A stretch of 15,240 nucleotides of DNA from Promethearchaeota archaeon (GTDB lineage Archaea; Asgardarchaeota; Lokiarchaeia; Sigyniarchaeales; SOKP01). The position numbers and the translations under genes are program-made. This document shows positions 1 through 7,414 of the stretch, piece by piece (position 1 is the first letter of the stretch; every line of letters begins with the position of its first letter). The notes beneath the pieces are model-generated. The model was given only the letters and a program-made list of their open reading frames with translations, did not search any database and had not been told where the DNA came from. The DNA is taken from the NCBI GenBank assembly GCA_048938005.1, contig JBHLMQ010000052.1:1-15240 (forward strand), in the 5' to 3' direction.

Positions 1-119
1 GCATGACCATGTTTCCCACTTTTTGATCTTTCAGTGCTTTTAATTTGGCATGGTTCTTCATCAACCATAATGTATTGACCCGCTTTTAATTTTTGTATCT
101 CTGTTCTCCTAATAGACAA
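1..119 (-). CDS. eif5a: Translation factor aIF5A/eIF5A, N-terminal part (runs off the left window edge)
   Basis: Manual translation of the - strand from TTG at 119 gives MSIRRTEIQKLKAGQYIMVDEEPCQIKSTERSKSGKHGHA. This contains the GKHG hypusination motif (Lys codon at 12-14). An in-frame TAG at 126-128 bounds the start. Not in the ORF track. Confidence 0.95.
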   Translation of the reverse strand, partial: MSIRRTEIQKLKAGQYIMVDEEPCQIKSTERSKSGKHGH

Positions 120-272
120 TTCCTTCTACACCTTAGTTTATTTATTTTTTATCCACAATATTTTTAATTTTGACATTTCTTTTAATTTATGATATATTAT
201 ATTTTTTCAAAAAAAAATATTAGTTTTTGAGAATTATTCAAAATACAATAAAAAATTTAAAGCTGGGATTGA

Positions 273-1646
273 ATGGTCTTAGAAAAGCTTGGTAGATCTT
301 TAGATAATGCAATTCGAAAAATTAGACGCCTCCCAACAGTGGATAAAGATGCTATAAACGCTCTTATTCAAGATCTACAAAGAGCACTATTAAGTGCTGA
401 TGTCAAAGTGGAACTTGTTTTCGAAATGACAGAAAATATTAAAAAAGAGGCAATGAATACTAAACTTCAGAAAGCAAGAAGGAGAGATTTCGTAATTAAA
501 TTAATACACGATGAACTCGTGCAACTTCTAGGAGGAAAACCTGCTCCTATAAGAATAAAACCTAATAAAAAGAACGTCATATTGCTTGTTGGCATCCAAG
601 GTTCAGGAAAGACAACAACAGTTGCAAAAATAGCAAAATATTATAAAAGTAAAGGATATAACGTCGCAACATTGACGACTGATACTTGGCGACCTGGAGC
701 TTATGAACAATTAGTCCAATTATCAGAACCATTAGGTATAAAATGTTATGGTAATCCCAATGAAAAAAATGCCATTAAGATTGCAATTCAAGAAACAAAG
801 AAAGCAATAAATGATGGAAATGATATTATAATCGCAGATACTGCAGGCAGACATAAAGAAGAAAAAGAATTAATGAAAGAAATGGCAATTCTAGAACAGA
901 AATTAAAACCAAATGAAGTCATATTAGTTGTTGATGGGACCTTAGGACAACAAGCTTATACTCAAGCAGAAGAATTCGCTAAAACTACAAATTTGGGAAG
1001 TATTATTGTCACCAAATTAGATGGAACCGCGAAGGGTGGAGGTGCTTTATCAGCATGCGCAGCTGTAAATGTAGGTATTCGTTTCATAGGTGTTGGTGAA
1101 AAAATTGATGATTTTGAAGGTTTCGAGCCATCTAATTTCGTAGGAACATTACTCGGCATACCAGATATTGAATCTTTAGTACAAAAGGTGCAAGAAGCAG
1201 AAGTTGACATAGAACCAGAAGTTATCAAGCGTATGGTACATGGTAAATTCACTCTTGATGACCTTTATTTACAGTTGAAAAGTATAAAGAAAATAGGAAA
1301 GTTTAAGCAAATACTAGCTATGATGGGTGGCGGGAATATCCCAGATGCTTTGAAAGAGGACGCTGAAGCGAATCTTGCAAAATGGGAAGTTGTTCTTAAT
1401 TCTATGACAAAAGAAGAAAAAGAGAGTCCAAAAATCATCAAAAAAACTAGAAAAAGACGGATTGCTATAGGAAGTGGAACTGATTACTCTGTAATAAACA
1501 AAATGCTTGCGCAATTTCAACAGATGAAAAAATTTATGAAAAGATTTATTCAAATGCAGAAAAAAGGAAAAGCAATACCAGGGATGCCTGGATTTCCTGG
1601 TGGAAAAGCTGCAGCTGATTTTATGAAAAAGTTAGGCAAATTTTAA
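273..1646 (+). CDS. srp54: Signal recognition particle 54 kDa protein (NG GTPase + M domain)
   Basis: MVLEKLG archaeal/eukaryote-type N-terminus, ALLSADV, G1 GIQGSGKTTT, DTWRPGA, G3 DTAGRH, G4 TKLDGTAKGGG, GVGEKIDD, and an M domain with FTLDDL, SMTKEE and RRIAIGSG plus a Met/Gly-rich tail. Confidence 0.97.
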   Translation: MVLEKLGRSLDNAIRKIRRLPTVDKDAINALIQDLQRALLSADVKVELVFEMTENIKKEAMNTKLQKARRRDFVIKLIHDELVQLLGGKPAPIRIKPNKKNVILLVGIQGSGKTTTVAKIAKYYKSKGYNVATLTTDTWRPGAYEQLVQLSEPLGIKCYGNPNEKNAIKIAIQETKKAINDGNDIIIADTAGRHKEEKELMKEMAILEQKLKPNEVILVVDGTLGQQAYTQAEEFAKTTNLGSIIVTKLDGTAKGGGALSACAAVNVGIRFIGVGEKIDDFEGFEPSNFVGTLLGIPDIESLVQKVQEAEVDIEPEVIKRMVHGKFTLDDLYLQLKSIKKIGKFKQILAMMGGGNIPDALKEDAEANLAKWEVVLNSMTKEEKESPKIIKKTRKRRIAIGSGTDYSVINKMLAQFQQMKKFMKRFIQMQKKGKAIPGMPGFPGGKAAADFMKKLGKF

Positions 1647-1662
1647 AAATCAATAATTATCA

Positions 1663-2337
1663 TTGAATTTGATTATATTGGTCAATTTTCTATTGTTAAT
1701 TGATAAAATTTTAAATTATACTAAAAGAGATATCGATCAAGGATATACTCCTCAAATTATTTATAAATTATGTTCTTGTATAAGAGAAGCTTTCTGTTTA
1801 TCTTATGACATAAGGAAAGACAATGTTTTATATTTATTTTTTCAAAAAGAGCATGTTTTAATTAAATTTGAAGGAACTAAATTACGTTATTTAGGTCCTG
1901 ATGAAAGATCTCAAGCATTACTTTTAGAGAAAGCTTTGAATAATGTGAAAAATAATTTCTTTATTGAAAATGATCAATGGAGGAAATCAACTCCTGGAAT
2001 TTTTTTCAGAAAATTTATTGATATCTCTTCTTTTATAAATTTCCTTAATTCAATAATGAAAGGAAGAAACTTTCTGATAATAGATAATCCACAAAATGTT
2101 AAGGAAAGTGTAGAAGACTTCAATTCAATTAAAATTTTTATCGGAAACATGCAAAACGACTTTTTTCTCATTCCTATATATTCTATATCAAGAGATAATT
2201 CTAAAATGATAGAATTATTCAAAGAACTGAAAAATATAAAACTTATATCACTTTCAAAAATTCAAGAGGTAGAAAATAAAATTTTATATATTAATTTTAG
2301 AAAAGATCAACAAGGAATTCCCTCTAAAAATTTGTAA
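1663..2337 (+). CDS. TrmY-like (tRNA pseudouridine-54 N1-methyltransferase, SPOUT/DUF358) protein, divergent; start may be TTG at 1678
   Basis: LCSCIREAFCLSYDIRKD, IKFEGTKLRYLGPDERS..LLEKAL and STPGI match TrmY signatures (AFxLSHxxRxD, LxPDERS, STPGI). The C-terminal FxLGDHxG and SLG motifs are not recognisable. Confidence 0.75.
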   Translation: MNLIILVNFLLLIDKILNYTKRDIDQGYTPQIIYKLCSCIREAFCLSYDIRKDNVLYLFFQKEHVLIKFEGTKLRYLGPDERSQALLLEKALNNVKNNFFIENDQWRKSTPGIFFRKFIDISSFINFLNSIMKGRNFLIIDNPQNVKESVEDFNSIKIFIGNMQNDFFLIPIYSISRDNSKMIELFKELKNIKLISLSKIQEVENKILYINFRKDQQGIPSKNL

Positions 2338-2338
2338 T

Positions 2339-3733
2339 ATGATTTTAAAAAACGCGAAAATTTATTCTGAAGGTTTAGTACATAAAGGGGCCATTCTCAT
2401 CGCTAATGGAATTGTAAGAACAGTTATATTTAAACCTCAAGAAAAAGATTTAAAAAAATTAGCTAAAAAAAATCAAGATAACAAAGAACTCGATTGTCAG
2501 AATAAATTAGTTTTACCTGGGATAATCGATATCCATTCTCATTTGCGGGATATGAATCAAAGTGAAAAAGAAACATTTTTAACTGGAACTAAAGCGGCTG
2601 CTTTTTCTGGGATTACGACTGTGTTTAATATGCCGAATACAAAACCTCCAGCAATTACATCTGAGCAGATTAAATTATGGATGAAAAAAGCAGAAAACAA
2701 TATTTATGTAAACGTTGGATTCATAGCGGGAGTCCCTAAAGGAATTGATAAAGATGAGATTAAAAAAATTGTAAATTTAGGGATTATAGGGTTTAAAATT
2801 TACCCACTTAATTCTTTAAACGAAATAAATTGGACAGATTCAAGGAATCTACAAAAAATACTTAAAATTTCATCTGAATTCCAAGTTCCAATATTTATAC
2901 ATGCTTCATATCCATTATCTAAGGTAGAAAGAACAAAAATTATTCAAGATTTCAATCACCAGAAATTAAATATTTTAAAACTTCATAATAGATTAGATCC
3001 AGTAAGAGCAGAAGAGAAATACGTTGAATTTGTCGTTAAAAATTATTTAGAATTAATTAGTAATAATGATTTGGATCCCACTACGTATCCAATTATCCAT
3101 TTCTGTCATATAAGTTGTATTGAAAGTTATCTAACAATTAAAAAAGCAATAATAGCAAATAAAAACTTAAAAATATCTTTTGAAGTTACGCCTCATCATC
3201 TACTTTTATCCAATAAAATTATATTAAGTAATAATAATTTCGGAAAAGTATTGCCTCCATTAAGAGAAGAAGAACATCCTAAATTTTTATTTAATGAACT
3301 AACAAAAGGGAGAATAAAATTAATAGGAACTGATCATGCTCCACATACTTTAGAAGAAAAATCACAAGATTATTTCAAGGCACCATCTGGGTTCCCCGGT
3401 TTTGAAACATATCCATTAGTGATACTTGATAAGGTATTTAATTTCCAACTTTCATTAGAAATTTTCGTTAAAACAACCTCAGAAAATCCTGCAAAATTTT
3501 TTAATTTAAAGAATAAAGGTTTTATTAAAGAGGGTTTTGATGCTGACTTAATTATTGTTGATAAAGTTCCAGAATACAAAATAAATTCTCAGAATTTTAA
3601 AACTAAAGCAAAATTTTCTCCTTTTGAAGCATATCCTACTTCTGTTCACATTTGGAAAGTATTTATAAAAGGAAATGAATTCAATTTGGAAAATTCTCTT
3701 CCAAGTGGAGAAATTATCAAGAGGATGTTATAA
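2339..3733 (+). CDS. pyrC: Dihydroorotase (cyclic amidohydrolase, amidohydrolase superfamily)
   Basis: PGIIDIHSHLRD (HxHxR), GITTVFNMPNTKP, GFKIY (candidate carboxylated Lys), HFCHIS, EVTPHHL, PPLR, GTDHAPH, SENPAKFF and GFDADL. ATG lies 1 nt after the upstream stop. Confidence 0.85.
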   Translation: MILKNAKIYSEGLVHKGAILIANGIVRTVIFKPQEKDLKKLAKKNQDNKELDCQNKLVLPGIIDIHSHLRDMNQSEKETFLTGTKAAAFSGITTVFNMPNTKPPAITSEQIKLWMKKAENNIYVNVGFIAGVPKGIDKDEIKKIVNLGIIGFKIYPLNSLNEINWTDSRNLQKILKISSEFQVPIFIHASYPLSKVERTKIIQDFNHQKLNILKLHNRLDPVRAEEKYVEFVVKNYLELISNNDLDPTTYPIIHFCHISCIESYLTIKKAIIANKNLKISFEVTPHHLLLSNKIILSNNNFGKVLPPLREEEHPKFLFNELTKGRIKLIGTDHAPHTLEEKSQDYFKAPSGFPGFETYPLVILDKVFNFQLSLEIFVKTTSENPAKFFNLKNKGFIKEGFDADLIIVDKVPEYKINSQNFKTKAKFSPFEAYPTSVHIWKVFIKGNEFNLENSLPSGEIIKRML

Positions 3734-3792
3734 AATATATATGTGTAAACGGCATAATTATATATAAACAATATGATTTTAAGATCTCTACC

Positions 3793-4425
3793 ATGTCTAA
3801 TGAAAATGAATTTAGCTTAGAAGAAGGCATAATATTAATAAAATTTGCCCGGGAAAATATAGAATTTTTTTTAAAAAATAATAGGCGTATTCCTATTCCA
3901 GAAGTTATAAAAGATAAATTTTCAGATAAATACGGTGCTTTTGTAACACTAAATATATACGATGCTATTGGCAATCCCTTAAGAGGGTGTATTGGCTATA
4001 TTGAACCAACTTACCCACTATATGATGTAATTCATAAAGTATCAGTCAGCTCAGCTATAGAAGATCCGCGATTTCCTTCCGTTTCACTTGAAGAAATGGA
4101 TAATATAGTAATTGAATTATCAATTTTAACTCCTCCTAAATTATTAGAAGTAAGTGATCCTAAAGAATATCTTGATAAAATTGTTATTGGTAGAGATGGA
4201 TTAATTGCAGAAAAAGGAATGAGAAGAGGGCTACTTCTTCCTCAAGTACCTGTAGATCATGGTAGAAATTGGGATGTTAAAACTTTTCTCTCTCAGACAT
4301 GTTCAAAAGCTTGGCTAGATAGTGATGCTTGGAAGGATCTGAATACAAAAATTTACTCTTTTCAAGCCATTCTTTTTGAGGAAAAAGAACCACGTGGCGA
4401 AATTTTTAGAAAATATCTTACTTAA
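3793..4425 (+). CDS. AMMECR1-domain protein (TIGR00296 family)
   Basis: GAFVTL, the hallmark LRGCIG, SAIEDPRF, IELSILT, GRDGL, GLLLPQV and C.KA motifs. Confidence 0.95.
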   Translation: MSNENEFSLEEGIILIKFARENIEFFLKNNRRIPIPEVIKDKFSDKYGAFVTLNIYDAIGNPLRGCIGYIEPTYPLYDVIHKVSVSSAIEDPRFPSVSLEEMDNIVIELSILTPPKLLEVSDPKEYLDKIVIGRDGLIAEKGMRRGLLLPQVPVDHGRNWDVKTFLSQTCSKAWLDSDAWKDLNTKIYSFQAILFEEKEPRGEIFRKYLT

Positions 4426-4506
4426 AAGTTTACTTTTATTTAATTATCTTTAACATTTTTTTATGAATAATTACTGTTTTACAATGATATAACGGGATAT
4501 AAATTT

Positions 4507-6012
4507 ATGGGAACTCCAGATAAAATACTCTCAATTGATATATCTTCTAAAAAAGTTAAAGTTGCTATTATTTCTGATAGATTAGAGTTAGAATCTGTTT
4601 CAGTACACGGATATGATATCATTGATGAGGATGTTGATGGTTTTGCTAAGCGATTTAATATGGATGATATGTGGGATAAAGTTATATTGGGTATAAAAAA
4701 TGTGATAAAAGAAAATAAACCAGAAAACATTATTGGTATATCTTCATGTGGTCAAAGAATAGCAACAGTTTTTTTAGATAAACAAGGAAATGAAATTTAT
4801 GGAGGGCCTAACACAGATATTAGGGGTATTGATTCAGCTTATCTAATTGAAGATAAATTCTCTGAAGAAGAATTATTCAAAATAACTGCCCATACCCCAT
4901 CGTTGATGTTTACATTAGCTAGGTTGTTATGGTTTCAAGAAGAGGAAGGAGACAAGTATGAAAGTATAGGTAAAGTATTAATGTTAGATGATTGGATTGT
5001 CTATAAATTCACTGGAGAATTTTATACCGACTATACATCGGTTGGAGAATCCCAACTTTTTGATATAAGTAAAAGAAATTGGAGTTCAGAGATTATTGAC
5101 ACTTTTGAAATAAAACCTGAAATCCTTCCTGAAATTGTCGATTCAGGCACAATTGTAGGAGAATTAAAGTCAGATCTAATAAATAAATTCGGCATAAACC
5201 AAAAAAATATTCCTGTATTAAAAGGATGCGGTGATACTCAAGCTAATTTATTAGGTATGGGAGTAATTGAGGAGGGGAATATCGGAATTAGTCTAGGAAC
5301 AACCGCCCCGGTGCATTTAGTTGTGAATAAACCGATAACTGATCCTGATCTGAATTTCTGGTCAGATTGCCACGTTATTAAGGACAAATGGTTAATTGAA
5401 GCTAATACAGGAGGTACAGGAAGGGTTTTTGATTGGTTCAAGGATGCATTTATATCAGATTCTAAAAGGGATGCAAATGAAATTATGAATAATTTAATAA
5501 GTAGAAGTAAACCTGGAGCAGGCTCGATTTTTGCATATTTGGGCCCAGAACTTATGGCTTTAAAAGATCAAACATCAATAAAGAGAGGAGTTTTTGTTTT
5601 TCCACCACCTAGCATGATTGGAGAAGAATTACCCAAATTAGAAAATTTTGCTCGAAGTGCGATTGAGAGTATTTGTTTTGGGATTAATGAAAATTTTCAA
5701 GCACTTCATCAATTTACCCAATCAGAAATAAATACATTTTGCTCAGGGGGTATGTCAAAATCGAGAGAATTTTGTGAAATTTTAACAAATATTTTAAGTA
5801 AAGAAATAATGGTGCCAATTGTTAGGGATTCTGCATTTATAGGAAATGCTATTATTACTCTATTAGGATTAAAACATTATTCCAATTATAAAGAAATTAT
5901 TAAAGATCTCATAAAGTATGAGACTTTCAATGTCGAAGCATCAATTTCTGAAGAATATAAAAGTATCTACACCCAATGGAAGAATCTGAAAAATAAAATT
6001 GACGATCTTTAG
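4507..6012 (+). CDS. FGGY-family carbohydrate kinase, YoaC/LsrK-like branch
   Basis: ILSIDISS (phosphate-1-like), SSCGQR, PNTDIRG, LARLLWF, DWIVYKFTGE, GCGDTQA, SLGTT, PITDPDLN, WFKDAF, RSAIESI and SGGMSKS; 501 aa is typical for the family. Subfamily assigned from recalled similarity only. Confidence 0.9.
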   Translation: MGTPDKILSIDISSKKVKVAIISDRLELESVSVHGYDIIDEDVDGFAKRFNMDDMWDKVILGIKNVIKENKPENIIGISSCGQRIATVFLDKQGNEIYGGPNTDIRGIDSAYLIEDKFSEEELFKITAHTPSLMFTLARLLWFQEEEGDKYESIGKVLMLDDWIVYKFTGEFYTDYTSVGESQLFDISKRNWSSEIIDTFEIKPEILPEIVDSGTIVGELKSDLINKFGINQKNIPVLKGCGDTQANLLGMGVIEEGNIGISLGTTAPVHLVVNKPITDPDLNFWSDCHVIKDKWLIEANTGGTGRVFDWFKDAFISDSKRDANEIMNNLISRSKPGAGSIFAYLGPELMALKDQTSIKRGVFVFPPPSMIGEELPKLENFARSAIESICFGINENFQALHQFTQSEINTFCSGGMSKSREFCEILTNILSKEIMVPIVRDSAFIGNAIITLLGLKHYSNYKEIIKDLIKYETFNVEASISEEYKSIYTQWKNLKNKIDDL

Positions 6013-6023
6013 ATTTTATTTTT

Positions 6024-6809
6024 CTATTTTTTTAAAAAGGGTTCGAGATTTTTTCCCTTTTTCCAATACCACTTAAAAAGTTCACGAGTCCAATTAGCAA
6101 ATGCCTCGTTATTATCTACTAAACATTGACTATAATCAATTTTTCCATCCTTACTTAAAAATAAAATTGCTCCCTTATCAGAAGCTATAACTGAAACATC
6201 AATATGAGGTAATACTCTTACGTTTTGAAAAACATCAATTTTATCATAAAACGCATGACGATCTCTAAACTGTTTTCCTACTTTTACAGAATCCATTAAA
6301 ATCGCTTTTTCTATAAGAACTTTAATTTCAATTGATTGGTTGTTGATTTTTCTTTCAACAATAGGTAGGATGGAATTTTGGAACTGATCTGAAATTGCAA
6401 GTATAAATTCTTCTGAATTTTTAACTAAATCTGACCACTTCTGGATATTTTTCATTGTTTGATTATTAATGGTAACCGTCTTCAGCTTTCCAAGTTGTAG
6501 AAATAAATTAATTGGAATTGAGCTAATATCATGATTATTTAAGAATTCTTCAAAATTTAAGATAAATTCAAAATAATTCAAAATTTCATAAAGAATTTTT
6601 CCAATACTCGTAATTTCATACTCATTGTCGATGGTTTTTGAAATTAACTTTTTGTTAACTAACCTTTTGAGATTTCGAGAAATCTCAGGACCCGGAATAT
6701 CTAATTCTTTCTCTAACTCACTATGTCTCTTATTTTCTTTATATATACATTTGAAGACTTCGTATCTCCCTTTATTTGTAAATTCTATAAGAAGGTTATT
6801 TAACTCCAA
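6024..6809 (-). CDS. Archaeal transcriptional regulator: N-terminal winged HTH (ArsR-like) plus DUF1724/FilR1-middle-like domain (COG4742-like)
   Basis: N..RYEVFKCI..HSELEKELDIPGPEISRNLKRLVNKKLISK..YEITSIG is a wHTH. It is followed by FLNNHDISSIP and a C-terminal FANWTRELFKWYW, both typical of this archaeal family. Divergent from the SCP2 gene. Confidence 0.82.
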   Translation of the reverse strand: MELNNLLIEFTNKGRYEVFKCIYKENKRHSELEKELDIPGPEISRNLKRLVNKKLISKTIDNEYEITSIGKILYEILNYFEFILNFEEFLNNHDISSIPINLFLQLGKLKTVTINNQTMKNIQKWSDLVKNSEEFILAISDQFQNSILPIVERKINNQSIEIKVLIEKAILMDSVKVGKQFRDRHAFYDKIDVFQNVRVLPHIDVSVIASDKGAILFLSKDGKIDYSQCLVDNNEAFANWTRELFKWYWKKGKNLEPFLKK

Positions 6810-6959
6810 TTGAACACAGTTCCTTAGATTTTATTCATACTCCTATTAAATATTAAAATATTCTTATTTAAAATGATTAGTAATTAGCTATAATCAATTA
6901 TAACAAGTTAAAACTGGTTTTTATAAAATCAAAATAATTCAAGGGATTGTTTAAATCTC

Positions 6960-7010
6960 GTTAAACTTATTTATCAATTAGAAATAAATATTATTAATTA
7001 AAATGAGGTA
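6960..7010 (+). promoter_or_regulatory. Candidate BRE/TATA promoter and Shine-Dalgarno site for the SCP2 / dehydrogenase-aldolase unit
   Basis: ttaaaCTTATTTAt at about 6961-6974 and GAGGT at 7005-7009, ahead of ATG 7019. The AT-rich background weakens the TATA call. Confidence 0.4.
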
Positions 7011-7018
7011 TTTAATTT

Positions 7019-7369
7019 ATGTCGAAATTTGAAGATATTCCAAGTTGTTTGAAAAATATTGAAGATAGATATAATAATACTGAAAAAATTAGAAAAAAAC
7101 TAGCAAACTATAATGAACCAATTCAAGTTACTTTTTTAGATACTGTACGTAAGATATTGATTTTAGTAAACGGAGATCAAGGAATTGAAGTAAAAGATAA
7201 TACAGGAGATGACTCTGCATCAGTAAAAATTGATTTTGCTACCGAAAAAACCCTTATGGATTTGTTTAATAAGGAAATTGGTGCTGTGAAAGCATATAGT
7301 TCTGGGCAAATAAAAGTCGTTGAAGGAAAAATTCGCAATTTGCTCAAACTAAAAAGTTTATTGTTCTAA
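7019..7369 (+). CDS. SCP2 sterol/lipid-binding domain protein (standalone)
   Basis: 116 aa. ASVKIDFATEKTLMDLFNKEIGAVKAYSSGQIKVVEGKIRNLLKL matches the SCP2 pattern (adv.i......f..l..g.l....Af..Gkikv.Gd....lkl). Confidence 0.82.
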   Translation: MSKFEDIPSCLKNIEDRYNNTEKIRKKLANYNEPIQVTFLDTVRKILILVNGDQGIEVKDNTGDDSASVKIDFATEKTLMDLFNKEIGAVKAYSSGQIKVVEGKIRNLLKLKSLLF

Positions 7370-7414
7370 ATGTTATTTTATTTAATTTAAGAAATGATAG
7401 ATTAAGTGAGGTTT

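Noticed and set aside
120-272. AT-rich intergenic stretches (also 12109-12235, 14266-14452, 15134-15240) as ncRNA, CRISPR or replication origin
   Set aside because: No GC-rich stems, spaced repeats or ORB-like G-strings were seen; they are consistent with plain promoter/terminator DNA.
962-1553. Antisense ORFs 962-1252 and 1314-1553
   Set aside because: They lie within srp54 on the opposite strand and have no motifs; shadow ORFs.
1974-5441. Short - strand ORFs 1974-2222, 3370-3579, 3717-3974, 4479-4730 and 5238-5441
   Set aside because: They are antisense to well-supported genes, with Ser/Ile/Phe-rich composition typical of reverse-frame shadows.
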